Shown: positions 27,514 to 43,218, counted from the first letter of the stretch. The stretch: DNA of 64,000 nt from Eledone cirrhosa (GCA_964016885.1 OZ024740.1:126542001-126606000); one strand, 5' to 3'. Numbers and translations: made by a program. The notes: generated by a model from the letters alone, not told the origin.

Positions 27514-28849
27514 CATATATATATATATATTCACATATATGTAAACTCATTCTATGCTACGCATTAATGGAACCACTAACAAAATTACACAACATGAAAT
27601 TTCAATACGAAATCATAATGTATTATTTGTATTGGCACTCAGAAAATTGTGTTTAACCAGATTTATCACTAAAGGAAATTCTAATATAGGTTGCCTAAAA
27701 TTAATTAACAAGAATATCAAACTAGCTGATTCCCAATACTGATACTACAGTTCTACTGATTATTTGTGGCTGACCTCGTATTGAATATGTATTTTTCCCA
27801 CATCAATTCATCAATGCCATGTAGCCAAAGCTATTAATGAAATCCAAGATATATATACGAAAACTGAAATAAAAAATAAATACAAAAAAAATATTACGTT
27901 ATACCAATTTACCAGTTTGCATACACGCAAACTCATAATTGAATGATCCTATGTCAATCTATCTAACATAATTGTGTATTTATTTCACCTAACTTCAATT
28001 CCGACCAGTGTGAAATACAGGGGTACACGACAACACATACACGCATATCGGTGTTATTGCTAATGTATATTAATAGAAAAAATTGAAAATGTAATTAGAG
28101 ACAATGAATGTGTATTTACAATAAATTCGCCGGTCCCATACTTTCATGATTTTCAATAGTTGGGTAAGATGGATATATGAGTGGCTTTGCCGTGATGTAT
28201 CTCTCATCGGACTGGCTTTGGGAAATACGTTTTCTTTTCTATATATTTTTATGTTTATAGTACAACTAGATTGATTAAGTGTGATCTCGTGATTTAGGCA
28301 TATAATGATGTTGCATATTTATCGCAAAAATTGATGATCACGTGATCAGTTATAGAATTCTGTCAATATTTCAGAGCGACATGTTTCAATGAACGTAGCT
28401 ACGGGCAATGCCAGAAATGAGTTCTCGTCTAATTTGGTGTGATAAGTAATCAGGTCTATAGAATTTTACTTAAATGACTGTGGCTGATGACAATCCTCCA
28501 AAATCAAATGTACAAAAGTTATATTTATTCATTCATCCGCGTGTGTACGCGCGTGTGCCTGTATGTGTCGATTGAGCTGGATCTGTCAGTTTTGTCGTGT
28601 TTTCTTGATTTTATTATGTCTCAACGTTTAGATAACTATATAGCTATCTGTTGACAGATAAGCCATACACGTAACAATGACATCCACCACAGAATCAAAG
28701 AAAATAGAGACCATAATCACATCTTTCCCCGGTGTCATTTATACCATATACACTTAAGAATATTTTGTGCTGATCCGTTTTCATAGGTTCGAAGAGCCCT
28801 TTACTTAGGACACGACGAAACATGTTCTTTATTTACATGAACAGGATTG

Positions 28850-29480
28850 ACATGTACAACAAGGTTGTAAGTGGTGCTATGACTGGTGGGTGTATATCAG
28901 TCAGCTGGAATTTGCAGACGACATGGTGTTACTTAACTAGACAGAATCTGATCTCTGACTTTCACACGTTAGGTTAGATAACAAGTGCTACATGGCTGGA
29001 ATGAAAGTCAGTGCTGCGAAAATTGAGGCACTCGTCCTCCCAATGAAGCCTTCGCAGTGCATTCTTCATGTGAATGGAGTTCCACTGAAGCAGGCAAAGA
29101 TGTTCAAGTATCTCGAGGTCGTGTTCACTAGTGATCGACGGCAGAAGGCTGAATTAAATTCAAGAATTGCAGGAGCTATTTCAGTAATGCACCAGCTTCA
29201 GCATTCAGAATGCAGTATACAGAAGAAGGGAGATGGTTGTAAAAAGCCAAACTCGTTATCTTCAATTCCGTATTCGTGACAAACCTTGCCTATGGTCATA
29301 AATCTTGTGTAATGACCAAAAACAAAAAAAAATGCAATCTTGAATACAAGTAGCCGAAATGGTGTTGTCCCCAAAAGGGCTTTTGAAGTAAAGTTGCTCA
29401 ATAGAGTGCGTAGTTCGGAGACCACGGAGTCACTGCAAATAGAGCCGTTATTTCCCCGAATTGAGAGATCGCAACTTAGG
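28850..29480 (+). pseudogene. RTE-clade RT C-terminal fragment
   Basis: SQLEFADDMVLL...GMKVSAAKIE...KMFKYLEVVFTSDRRQKAELNSRIAGA...RIERSQLR. Confidence 0.75.
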
Positions 29481-29734
29481 TTTAAATCTCAACATTGTCC
29501 CTGGAAAGAATTAATGCATTTGTTAAATTTGTTATGTTTTGGAATTAATGCTTGCAAAATGTCACAGCTCTAGCATCGCTCTTTCAAAGTCAGATTATGT
29601 ATATTTCAGCCCATGATCGTATATATATATATATATATACTTACATATATTATATACATTTATATATATAAGTATATATATATATATATTATACACACAC
29701 ATACACACGCGCGCACACACACACACACATACAC

Positions 29735-29802
<68 letters not shown>

Positions 29803-31269
29803 TTATATATATATATGTGTATATCATATAATATGGCTCTATGGTTGCTAAATAATCATATGCATTTATCAGCAGTTGATTTATCACATGATATTCGGAA
29901 GTGTAATTCCCTGCTGAATACACAAACTGTCCTTCGTTGTTTCGAACGTATAATTATGTTTCTTTACACATCGAATAATTTATTGCAATGATTTAGAGAA
30001 GAAAAACAATCGAAGCAATTCCTTTACTTCTCATAATACCAAAGGCCATCGACTGCAACCTACACTAGTGGTGAATATAACATCATATGCTTCACAGCTC
30101 ACCTGTGAAATATGAACTAAGCCTCATTAATTCCATCTTTATGGCATATTGAAAAATTTGAGGAAGTGTGATTACAAGATTGTATCGCGGATTGTTCATC
30201 TTCAGATTAATTGTTGTTGTCCAACCTCAGGTCTGCTGATATATTATCTTGACTAGTTTGTGTTTATACATTACAGGGACTACATTATCCAATACTACAC
30301 TTCGTGTGTGTTCTATTTATATATAGACAACACATTTTAAAAATATTATATAATATCATCTAGATTTTTTATACAAATACTTATGCATGGATGTAATATT
30401 TCCGGCAGAATTCCGAATCTCACGACCAACTGCTCCTTAGAAAAAAAAAAAAAAAAAAAAAAGCAGATGTAGACGTAATAATTCTGAAAACATTTAGGGA
30501 TTTTACAGCTGGCTTAAGGAGGAGAATTTCTCATTTGGGTTCCATGCGGGGAAATATTCATAGGGCCGCGTTCTATTACGGCGATAAATCCCCATAAAAC
30601 AATCTATGCAGACATCTGTATATTCCTCGTGTCAATAAAATATTTATTAATATTAATATTATTACGACAAGACACACATATATTATACATCCTTTCATAC
30701 ACGCACGCACACACATATATTATACATCCTTTCATAAATATATATATATATATATATATATAAATATATATATCAAACCATCTTTTTTAATGGTTGGCTA
30801 GATCTCGCATTTCAACAGAAAATATATCGTTTGGCTTTCTATATTGTTTGTATTGGTTATTTCTAAGGTCTAGTGTTACACCCAGCTGACGGTGTGAGTT
30901 TATTTTCTATAGTTCTTTTATAGCCTAAAGTCTTGAAGGTTTGTATGATCTTTGTTCTTCATCTATATAGTGTATGTCCGCTTTTGTTGCTAGCTATTGC
31001 CAGGGAAGAATGTCTAAACAGCGCAAACCGCACATATCAAGATAAGTCATCTAAAGTGTTTAATATATATAGATCAACCAAATCGCAGGCGTCCACTCCG
31101 TTAAACGAGCTCATGCTCACGCCAAAGGATACATTTGTGTTGGGCCTTTTTACATTTTTACATATTCGGTGTCTTCGCTGAAGAGCAACGTTCTTGTGTG
31201 CATGATGATCTTGCGATCCTCACTATCTATATGTCAGCTGGTGCTGGCGAAGTCTAGTGATCTATCAAA

Positions 31270-33600
31270 TACGGCTTTGGAAATCGAAGGGTAGAACTCC
31301 AATATATTCCATTGTATGGGAATGCCAGAAAGAGCAGGCGAACTTGTCATGATTGCAGGTGACAAAAGGATGAAAGCGAAAATAATTGTTGTTCGTACCT
31401 GTGAGTGTGTTGAGGTTGGTTATGTTAGGACGGCGGGAACGAAACGAATGTCGACGCGGTCAGAAACGAGATTTCGGAAACAAAAAAAGATACAGCGCAG
31501 TTGCGGTAGCGTAGATGTTTGGTAGGTGAGTGAAAGAGGGGGGGGGTGAGAAGGCCGTCGTGCTGTCAGCTTTAAGGCAAGAGTAAGGGTAGCTTGGATC
31601 AATTCGAAATGGAACTTGAAGTCATAGTTTTGCTTGCAGATCAGAGGAAAACGGAGGTATTGGGAGCAAGATAGGGAAGTTTTGTGGCGGTAGGATGGGA
31701 AGGGGGAATTTGAGTTAGAGGAGGCAGTCAGTTGGGTTGTATAACATGGAGGTAGTGAAGGTGTGATCAGTGTTGTTGCTAGAGAGAGAGAGAGAGATAG
31801 AGAGAGACAGAGATAGATAGAGAGAGGCAGAGACAGAGAGTGAGTGAGAGAGAGAAAGGGAGAGAGTGAATGAGTAAGAGATGGAGAGATATGTCAAGAA
31901 GTTGGACGTAGGGTTTAGGGCATAATCCAAATAGCATAAACACCGTTATTGTAAGGGATGATGGTGCAGAGAGAGGAGGTTTTCAGAGTGGAGAGAAGGT
32001 GAAAGAAAAGGGAGAGAATATAGGAAGAAGATCGGTGAATAAGAAAACGAGGAGGGTGTCAGGGTATTGAAATATTATTCCAATGGGGCAGTTGCAAGCG
32101 GAAACGATAGTATGGTCAATATTGTTAGGTTTATGTATCTTGGGGAGGAAGTAAGTAGTGCGAATACGAGGTATGACTACTATAAAATATGTGGTAGAGG
32201 TGGCAGGAGAGAGGATATGCGTTATTGGATGGTGCAGAACAGGAGATGTTGGTAGCCTGCGCTGGGGTCAGAAGATAAAGTAAGGTTAGGACGGGTGTTG
32301 TGAATCTGGCAGGCTAGTGGTCTACGCACAACACCACCATGGCACCACCTTTATCGGGGGGTTGAATGGCAATGCTGCTGCAGCGTGATAGGTTGCGCAA
32401 AGTGGAGACATTGACACAAGCGACGTCGGTACGATGGAACACTTGTGGATATTGAAGCGTTTCAATGTACATCAGCAGTTGTCCACGAAGGAGCCAAGGT
32501 TACTAAACTGGCCAGATCACGCTATCCAGTGTGGTCGGCGGCTGGGACCTGTGAAGCAGTCTGTTTGGTGCGACATGGAAGAATGGTTGGAGATTTAAGT
32601 GATGTAAGAAACATTCAAACTTAGTATCAATTTGGAATTCGCCACAGGTGATTAGGGTGAGCATAACGCATAAACACGTTGCGAGAATGGATCACACAGT
32701 TCCAGGGAGGGGTAGAGCCTGTGGTAGAATATCAACATTGTGGGGGTACCTGAGAGAGAGAAAGTAGTAGTAGATGTAGAGGGGCTGTTGTGCTTAGGTG
32801 GGACATGTGTGGAGTCAGCGGTGCGGGGAGAAGTGGAGTTTGGACAATGAGAAAGGGATCCATATGTGAAAGGCTAATAGGTTCAGAGATGGAGGTCAGG
32901 TTGCTGGGTGTGAGGACAACAAGCAAAGAGCGGAGTGAGTCGAGGTTTTGTTTCTCGGAGGAGGTAAGAGAATTATTGAGACGATGGATTGGCCGAGGAA
33001 GAGGTGGCAAGGAGCTAAGAGAAGAAAGAAGGGTTTGGGGAGATCAAAGTAGAGTTAATGAATTTGAGAGAGGGCAGAACAGAGAGTGGGTTACCTGAGG
33101 TGGTAAAATGAGTGGGTAAGTATGGGTTCAGTGGTAGAGATGGAGACGAATGTGGAGTAAAAGATGAGACGGAAACCTCAGATTAATGAGGTGGTGCGGG
33201 AGACAGTGGCTACGAAATGTGACGTGACGGTTGTAGCGTGTATTGGTGAAGAGAAGGCTAGAGGGATGCAAAGAAGATTAGATGAAAATCGAGAAAACAC
33301 ACGGGTAGAGGGAGAATAATAATAAGGTAAGTGAGGAAAATAGAGGGCGGATAAATAACAGGGTAATAAGGAAAGAGAATAATGAGATGGAGAGGGTGAG
33401 AAGGAAGTAATCAGAAGAGAATACCGAAAAGTAATATTGGTGGTACATTGTGAGATACGGGTATGTGGAAAATGCATTGAAAACGTCCATTCTCCCAAGA
33501 GATATCCAGGTGGAGGTTCAGGTACAGTTCGGGTAAAACTTCAGTTCCAGAGTGATAATCCAAGGTAGGGATCTAACTGATTTGAGCAATCGATGTACGG
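31270..33600 (-). pseudogene. Old, decayed PLE
   Basis: LPKIHKPNNIDHTIVSACNCPIGIIFQY at about 32060-32150 (PLE RT PKIHK...RPIVS motif), plus PLSLTY and MEYIG remnants downstream. Confidence 0.6.
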
Positions 33601-34909
33601 TTATATATATATAGAGTCCCACCCTAGCTCATATAGCCACGGACAGCATGTGATGTTCACCCGGCGCCAACCGCACGGAAAAAACACCCGAAGCACTCTG
33701 AATGTAAATGACTCTCTATAATTTGCCCCCACTCAGACATTTATTACAGATTTTTCCTTCAATTTGTTTCCTGCATTTCCTCTCATTCATTCTCTCTCTA
33801 ATTCTGTTTTACCTTTGTATAAGATCCTCTCTAACTCACCCTCTCTCATCAGACATGTATCACGGATTTTTTCTTCAATGTTTTTCCTCTATTTCCTCAC
33901 ATTCATTCTCTCTCTATAATCATGTTTATACCTTTATATATATATATATATATATTTCTTTTTCCCTTATTCTCTTTATAAACCCATTTTCTCCCGTTCA
34001 TCCTTTCTCATTTGTACATTTTCCCTTAAATTAACAACGTATTATTTTGTCTCCACAGAATGTCCGGATACCAATTACTTAATTATTTAATTTTTTACAT
34101 TCGTTGCATTAGATACTTTAAATTCTCGACAAGGGGCCAGTTTTATTTTTCATGGGGACTCAGAACAAGTTAATATCCATCTCTGATCCCAATTTTTAAT
34201 ACGAATATACACTTTACCAATTATATATTCACTGTTGTCTAGTTTTCCAAACTTCTAACTTTTAACTCTTAACATCTGAATTTTAGAATTGTTTGTGACT
34301 TTCAGGTTGTGAAACCTTTAATATTCTCTATGATAAGTTATATTAATCATAGCAGTTGGTAACTTTCTCAATTTGGGGTTGATCCCGCCATAAACGTGTA
34401 GCGGTTATGAATGCACTAAATTCTACTGGCCACCAAATCTAGCAGTAAATAAATTTTGGCTGTTCTAAACCCCCGCTGACCGTATCGAGTTGCCGGCCAT
34501 GGTGGTGGGGGACTGGTAGAGAGAGAGAAACATACTGTTGGTGGTATTCTCGGTTGTAGTTGAAGGTCAGCCAGCCACCCATACCCCTGTGACTAAGCTG
34601 GGCTATCCGGATGAACACGAAGTTAGAAGGGAGCGGGCACTCGAAGCAAAAACATACACATTTTTTTTAGTCAACTCTCTTCCACTCAAAATTGCCTGGG
34701 AAATGTTACCTTTTAATCGTAAAGCACCCTAACATATTCAACATCACGTTTTCCTCATTATTAACTTACTCCGTCATCCATGTTTTTTTTTTCTGAAGTA
34801 ATATGACGTTGAGTGCTAGAAGTGAATTGCATCGAATACATATATATATATTCGGATCTAGCTGTCGAAACGACGGGAGCTCAACCGTCGGGTCCTGACT
34901 CGTTTCCTA

Positions 34910-35903
34910 TCTCTATATAAAACAGAGGATGTCTGTCCCTCTGTGTAAATCCCTAAAACTAGAGAAGTTCCCGACCGATTTATTTCAAACTTTACATATG
35001 CGTTATATTTCTTGAAGTGCAATGGGCTAAACAAATTAACTGTCCTATGGCCCACATTAGGCGAAAAAACGCATTTTAAAGGCATTTTTAGCTTTTTGGG
35101 GGGCGTTGCTTAAAGATAATCCAGCCGATTTCCTTGAAATTCGCAGCACACATTAGTTAGTCCCTTCCATATTTTTAGTCCACAGCAATCTGTGGACTAA
35201 AAATATTTCCGATTCCATTAATGGTTTCTAGGAAATTCACGAATTAGCATTGGGCATTTTATGCCATTTTCATTATCAATATAAACGCTACTTAAACATC
35301 GTACGGAACGTGTAATATTTCGTTAAACATTTGGTTTATTTAACAGAGGACACAACACTTACTTACTTTTAAGCAGGACCATTTTCGGGGGATTGAGGAA
35401 ATGAGGAGGACCTCAAAATTTGCTCGGCGCCCTGTTGACGTTTCGTGTAAATCCGGGCCTCGTGTACATTGACGTGTTATTGACACCGTAAAACTCACGT
35501 ATCTGCTACTTCTACTAAGACCCTTTTTATTGCACCTACACCGCAATACGAACGCCCTGCGCAAGTACGCCGAACAGCGGCTGTGCTAATCCGCGGTAAC
35601 CGCTTTGTCGTACTTTTGTTGCTGTGTAAACGCAGTGCAAACAGTGCCGCCCAGTGTTCGTGCTAATTGCACTATGACCCACTTCTGCTGCAGCTGCCTT
35701 GCCACGCTGATTTCGTCATCTCAATATCCCTACTTTAACGTACATCTTTACTTGGTTTTCACACAATTGACTACGCCGCTCCTCAGTCATTCCCTGAGAA
35801 TAAGGGAATTCAAAACGTACACAGCTACATTCCTCAATCTTTGCATATGCGTGTTGCTATTTCACGTTTCCTACCCCGTGCCTACGGCTGGTCCTGCTGC
35901 TAG
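34910..35903 (+). mobile_element. Non-autonomous Helitron
   Basis: Starts 5'-TC(TCTATATAAAA) and ends with a GC-rich subterminal segment and CTAG-3'. Inserted between A and T with no TSD; removing it restores the family-C end TTCCTA|TATATA. Confidence 0.75.
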
Positions 35904-36335
35904 TATATATATAAGACTTTGTGAATATATGCATGCGACTTTCATGCATAAAAGAATAAATGGATACCTCAAAGTTTGTATGGTACAAGTGTATGCATAT
36001 AGACATTTAAATAAATCATATACACAAGCATTCATTAGATTCATTCACCATCGTAACAAAAAAGAGACCAAGGATATTTTGATTCATATAAGGATATTTT
36101 GATACATATAAGGATATTTTGATGCATACAATAATAAGCGGAAACACATTACACAGACATAAACAGTGATGTGTAAATGAGAAATTTTCCGTAGATTTCT
36201 TTCTTTGTAAATGTATTTGGTTGCATGTATGTTTGTGTGCACACGGGTGTTCCTGTAAATGTCGATCACTTTATTTTCCCTCATCGGTTCGAATAAGATT
36301 CCTATCTCTATATCTATTTATCTCTGCACCCCTCT

Positions 36336-36479
<144 letters not shown>

Positions 36480-36602
36480 GTATGTATCAATGTATGCATA
36501 TACATACGACACACACACATACACACACATACGTACGCGCACACACAAACACACACATGCATGCATGCATGCATACACACACGCACACACACACATACAT
36601 AC

Positions 36603-36685
<83 letters not shown>

Positions 36686-38199
36686 TATATACATTACTTT
36701 ATATTCGGCCAGTCTACATATGAATATAAATTACAACCATAAGAATATACAATTATTCCAACACTGTGAATGTTGTTTGATTCAGCCCGGAGGCTGTAAA
36801 ATAAGTAACAATCTTCCGTCTTTAAGTAACAGACTTGAAAAGAATTAGTAATATCATTTTCACGTTATCACAAATCAATTCTTGCATAGATCAATGCTTT
36901 CGCGATTCGTCTACGTAAGGTTGTATATTCGAGGTGGGAATAGAATTCTATGATCTATTGAAATGGTTGTACCGTCTGGGAAGCGCAACGCCTAATGGTC
37001 AGTATATTGGCCACACGATGGTTTTGTTGTTCTTGAGCAAGCCATTTCGTTGCACGTTTCATTGCGACCTCTTTTCATTGGTTCCCATCTCTATCGGTAT
37101 TTGCTTCTCCCTGAGAAAGACATCATTGGAATGGAGTGAGGAGAGTTCATGGGTGACTGCCGACTTTACACAAAACATATGATCCAACTTTTCAGATGCA
37201 AATCCATAGTCAGCCGAAAGCACTCGGCAGCAAACAAATCAATTGGATGTAGGAGATCACCAGCATCGAGCCAAATAACACCACACCGTCCGCAAACCCA
37301 GCCAACCGATTCCGCACCTGCTTTTTGTGACACGACACCCAACCCGACTGCACAGGCCAATGGCACTCAAAAAATTAATGGAGTGGTGACAGCATGCACC
37401 TCAGTTGGAGTCCGAATCACACACCGAACGGCCTATATCTAGCACCATTAATTCGGACACAAACAGTGGCTGATTCATGTGTTCCGTGTGGCCTTGATCT
37501 CCGAAGAGGTTCTTATACAGTGGCAGTCAGGAGTGATGTTCCAAATTTTCAAAGCGGGACAGGAGCGATTGTTCAAATTTCAGAGAGATCTCGTTGTTGG
37601 GCTTCCCCGGTAGTGTATATGCTGAATGTCTGGAAAGGAGATGCAGGGAGATTCCCGATTCTGATCAAGGTAATAAACAGTGAAGAATAGTGCGATTTTC
37701 ACCCCGAACGTAGCTACAACCAATTACATATTCACATCTCGGATGTCTTTGAAATATCGTAGGAGTATTGCCGGGATGTGTGTTTTTAATTCGTGGAATT
37801 CTAGGAGGCGAAATGCTACGTTCCTCGGGACATGCTGTAAAGGGTTCTGCAGGGGCTTGGGCTCAGTTATCAGTTTCCTGTTGCCGTGGTGTCTCTGTGC
37901 GAGATACGAAACCCAGAAAGTTTATTAATGTCATTGCTAAGGAGCTCAATCATTGAAGATATTCCATCAGAATAATTGTAGAGGAGTACCATCGATACGA
38001 CTTTTATGTGATGCGGACAGGCCAATTCATGTCTGCAGACACACAATTTAACTCTCTGATTTGTGCAGAGTATTTGTTGAGCAATCTGAAACATCAAGAG
38101 CCTGGAATACTTTGGTTATTCTCTGAGAAATTCTTTCATTAGCTCTAAAAGAACAACCGACGGAATGGTTAAGCAGAGCTTTTTAAAAACATGCCAATG

Positions 38200-38510
38200 T
38201 TTATGAACATATGTTTTCCGTAAACTCTGATTGTTCTGGGAGTCGTAAGCAACGAGAATGGTTTCATGCTTCGGCAGTTCTTCCCTCAGTGTTTCAGGGC
38301 TGACTATAATGCGGCATTCTAGAGGATGGTGAGGTTATTTGATAGAGAGCGCGAGTATAGAAATATTTTTCACCTACCAACAGAAATGGAACCAAGAATA
38401 AATGAGTTACAATCTCCATGAACACGTCATCCTAAATATATGCCGCCTAGCTCGCCAAGCCTGACTATGTTGGAGTAATACGTATGGGGCTTTATCGGGA
38501 GGGATGTGCA
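38200..38510 (+). pseudogene. Tc1/mariner (probably maT/DD37D-like) transposase remnant
   Basis: IVLGVVSNENGFMLRQFFPQ and MPPSSPSLTMLE*YVWG (cf. WPPSSPDLNPLDYYVWG). Confidence 0.6.
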
Positions 38511-40494
38511 ATCACCGCCCTATACCACTATATATTAATTTATATTTATATATTTATATCAACGGATGGATATTATCTTATACCAGCAGTTTCCAGAAGA
38601 AAATATCTCTACATTCATCAGGTGTGTTTAAGAAAATCAAAACATGATGGAGAATAGAGTTTGGAGCCACGTTAATAAGGGCTTCCATTGGTTAAATAAG
38701 GTCACGTGATAGTGTTGCCAAATCAGCGGCGATACGTGTATTTTCCGCTCCCGATGAGTAGAATCTACAGACTGCAAGTATAAGAACTCATTGGATTCCT
38801 GGAAATGTCAATTTCTCTAGTACTTCCTCTCCCTGAGGCGGAGAGAATTGGGTGCTAATTGTAGCATGTTGAGCAACTACATTAATAATGAGAGGCTGGT
38901 TCGTGAAGCCATTCGATGTTGTTTTCACTTTTAGTACAACCGAAGCATTTTTGTTTGAAACAATGCTATGTAATTTCATACATCTTTTCCGAGTTTCAAC
39001 ATTAAGTCTCCGGAGTGATAAGCGAACTAATATTGCAATATCACGACTCGAATTCAAACAAGTAAAATATGACGGGATATTATAATATAAGGAATAGCTT
39101 CGAGAATATATAAAAAAAATAGTGGTTGTGACACCGTGATTTATTATTATTATTATTATTATTCTATTATTGTAGAGAATTGGTGAATTATCTAAGTGAG
39201 ACGAATAATCAGAAAGGAAATATCGTGAAAATAGAGTTATATATAAACCGAACATAAAAATATAATGAAGAAGTATATCTGTTAGCTTAGGTTAGCTGAC
39301 ATTTCAACATGACAAATGAATTATGAATTGAATTTTCCAAGGGTCATGCGTTTTGATTTTCTCACAACCCCCTTTTATTTCGGGTGGTAATAATAAGCGA
39401 AGTTTAAGAGAATTGTATACTATTTTTAGTTAGTTTCTGGCATAATTTATGTTCTTTTCTTCTCTTTCTCCTCACCTAACGTTATGAATTGGTCAGGCAA
39501 AAAGGAAGAGAGGAGATGGAGGGGATTCTGAGTTTGCTAGAGACGGTGAGAAGATAATACAATTATAGAAACCAAAACATTGGATATTACGGGAGGGAAT
39601 AGATATACAAAGAAAAATAGTCATAGCATAAATAGTAATATGTTACTATGTTCAATAATGGTGATTACATTATTGGAAGGTGTGAACAATCACTGCAAAA
39701 TAGATGATGTGTGAATATCACCAGCTGAGCCACAATTTTGGCGTTGACGTTCTTGTTTTGCTACAGCTAAACCCTGATCTAGTAGATGTATGTACAAATA
39801 CATTACACCCACGAACTCAGCCTATCTTTAGGTCAATCAAGAGCTACACTACAAAACTGAAGACCCTAAAATAGTATTATAAAGAAAGTTTTCATATAGA
39901 AACTCTTTCGTTGGCTCTCTGAATTAACTGTTGATATTATTGAGACTAAAATGTCTTTACAAAATAAATATGGAGCTTTTACGGTGTAGAAATACACGAA
40001 AAAGAAAAGCTATATACAAATAAGATTTATTTATTTTTAAATTAATGCAAGAGTCGATAAAATGTTTGAGTCAAACTGTTTTCATATTAGTAAATATACA
40101 TTCCAATATGTTTGTGCAATACTTCAAACCACAGAATCAATATTAAAGAAACGGAGACCGTAATTCAAAATCAGCTAGATATAGGAGCGAGCAGGCAAAC
40201 AGGTGTCAACTGAAAACAGGAAAAACTGAACTATGTAATAGAAGAATTAAAATATACAATATTACATATTTAAATATTCTAACATAGAACATTCACATAT
40301 AAATATACGAGGTAGAACTGTTAGAAGAATTGGACTTGAGTTGCCAAAGGGAATGAAATAGTTGCATCTATTGGCATAGTCGACAGTCAAAAGAAATGAA
40401 CCCAATCGTATTTTTAATACTATATGGGGGATTGGCAGTATCGGTAGAAAGTTGGACGCCATGCATTGCAGCATAGAGTTATGCCCCTTTATGG

Positions 40495-40580
40495 TCTGAC
40501 TTCAAATCCCACCGAGGTTCACTTTGCCTTTCATCCTTACGGGGTCGATAAAATAAAGTACCAGTAACGTACTGGGTAAT
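40495..40580 (+). mobile_element. SINE fragment
   Basis: Same core as 15770, with a B-box-like TTCAAATCC. Confidence 0.7.
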
Positions 40581-41694
40581 TGCTTGTTATTTGGCCCGAC
40601 AAAATATCTGTGTCATCAAATGTTGTACACACATACATATTTTTTCAATTTCCAATTGAGTTCTAGCACGTGGCCTGAATTCCTTTTAGAGTTCATTGTC
40701 ATGCGCATGTATCGTTTTTTTTGGCGGTAATTTACTTCCTCATTTTTGAATCAGTTTCAGCATTTCTTTAGAACTGCTGGACTAGCAACCTGACACACAC
40801 CTCAGGCACTCTGATGATTATCGCTAAATACTGATGTTGGTTAGATTATCAATATTAGTATTTTTGGGGCACCCACTGATGAATTATAGGAGCCCACTTC
40901 AATATATATATCTATTGATGGTATACAAGCTCCTACATAAATTGGTATAATTTCACCCAAATTGTAGGAATCCTATAATGAAACGAGACGTCCGTCTGGG
41001 AAGAGATATATTCGATATGTCTCATATGAAATAATACAGCCAATTTTCCACGCAATACTTTTAGTTAGCACCCCGAACGCATAATTAGGAATATAATCAC
41101 TTATTTCCTAATGTTTGTTGAGTGAGTTGGAATTTGGCCGGAGTATCGCGAAAAAGCTCTCTCCGATATTATATTTATATATATATATATATATATAAGT
41201 AGATCGACAAAAGTTAATTCACTACTTCCGAGAACAATATTTACACTTTAGTCGGATCATCAGCTCGGTTTAAATGAGATTATACGGATAAGGAGAAACA
41301 TTTTGCCAAAAGAAATCTTAACAGATGAAAATACGAGAAGATACATTTAAACGTTAGACAGTTTGGGAGTTGACTGGTAATGTTCATCTGATCTGTACGT
41401 CACGTCCCACGTAGATGGGTGAAGATAGAGTTACCGGGTGTGCAGTCTCTGGCATAGGGAATAACAACACATTTTTAGTATTTTATTTTGCCGTGGAAGA
41501 CGGATTCTACTTCACAGATCTTCACAGTACTGTAGGATTAAGTTGGATATGTAGAGGAAGAAAGCAGTGGTTTATTATTAGTTTAGGTGAAAGAAATGTA
41601 TATATATATATATTTTACAATCGAGAGATTTTCGTCAAATCGGACCGAGGAAACATTACTTCCATCGGTCTTTCTAATTGCTACTCCAGGTAGA

Positions 41695-41812
41695 CGGAGC
41701 AACGTGAAATAAAGTGTCTTCTTCAAGGACATAACGCATCACCCGGCCCCGGAATCGAACTCACAACCTCACGATTGCGAATCCAGTTCTCTAACCACTC
41801 AGCCACGCGCCT
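41695..41812 (-). mobile_element. tRNA-derived SINE 5' head
   Basis: Reverse complement reads GGCGCGTGGCTGAGTGGTTAG (A box)...GAGTTCGATTCC (B box), then a GTCCTTGAAGAAGACACTT body. Confidence 0.75.
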
Positions 41813-42426
41813 TCATATACCCCCTCTCATATCTCTCTCCCCTACCTGACCACCATGAATTACCTCCCGATGCATATTAACTCTCTAAAAATGGAAATCA
41901 TATCAAACCCCAGACAACCATTTGTCTCCATAATGGAGGAATTAAGCGCTCTTGCCATAATAATACATTTTGAACTGTTTATACTCAAGAACTATGCCTG
42001 TAAATAATATTATTTGGTCTTTCCTATTACCTTACCATGTTCCACATTACCAACATTTTACACCAATACCAATTCCCCCTTTTGATAATGCATAAAATGC
42101 TGAAACGGTAATAGACAATTATTAAATATATAAATAAATAAATAAATGCCATTGTTAATTAATAAATACATTGACTAATACCTAACACTTCACACACAGT
42201 AAAATATTTTGTTTTAAACATTTTCTAACCCAGAAAAAAAGAGAAAAAAATAAAAGGAAATAAATATACTTTTCTTCCTAATAATCGTCTTCTCCCTATT
42301 TTCATATATATATATATATATCCAAAATTAAAATTAAGGGTTGTCTTGTCTGAGAGACATGCGCCATATCCACTGTAGAATAATCTCAAAGATTCCAATG
42401 AATAGATCTGAGCATTACATATCAAT

Positions 42427-42457
<31 letters not shown>

Positions 42458-42534
42458 TCGGAATTTGTTTAGCAAGATTCTTTATCTGAATGATGCGTGT
42501 GTTTCTTATTGGCAACATGACCCTTTCAAAGTAT

Positions 42535-42605
<71 letters not shown>

Positions 42606-42725
42606 CATATATGTATATACATACATACATATATATATATTATATATATATATATATATATAAATATATATATGTACACACATGGTGTGATATGGTCCAT
42701 CTGGCTCCTTACCACACTTCCTTCG

Positions 42726-42832
<107 letters not shown>

Positions 42833-42840
42833 TATATCTA

Positions 42841-42989
42841 TATAAGGAAAAAAGATGAAATCGAAAATGCATCTGGAGTCTTCTTAAAAAAATGGGTCCA
42901 GCTACATTTTCGATTTCATCTTTTTTTTCCTTATACTTTCACTCGTGAAGGACACCTCGTTTATTTTCATTTTATAAAAGAAACCTCGC

Positions 42990-42996
<7 letters not shown>
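42841..42996. mobile_element. Family A mini-insertion with inverted arms
   Basis: TATAAGGAAAAAAGATGAAATCGAAAATG...CATTTTCGATTTCATCTTTTTTTTCCTTATA plus a tail of about 60 nt. Confidence 0.7.
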
Positions 42997-43043
<47 letters not shown>

Positions 43044-43218
43044 AAACAAAGAAAGTGTGGTGAAACACCAAGTGAGCCATAACGCACCAGATTACTCAAT
43101 AATTACAGATTGTAGAGTGGGTTGTAGGAAAAAGTCAGGACGCCGGATGTACCTGTTGAAACAACCGGAGCTATATATAGGAAAAGCGTCAGGACCCGGA
43201 TGGCTGAGCTCCGGTCAA

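Noticed and set aside
36900-38100. GC-richer stretch with several short ORFs
   Set aside because: No recognisable motif. Probably an old transposon fragment but cannot be assigned.
41225-41268. CTGATGA-TCCGA...TCGGA on the - strand
   Set aside because: No GAAA, stem III or cleavage site follows.
41695-41812. tRNA gene
   Set aside because: A and B boxes are present, but there is no closing acceptor stem and the sequence continues into a SINE body.
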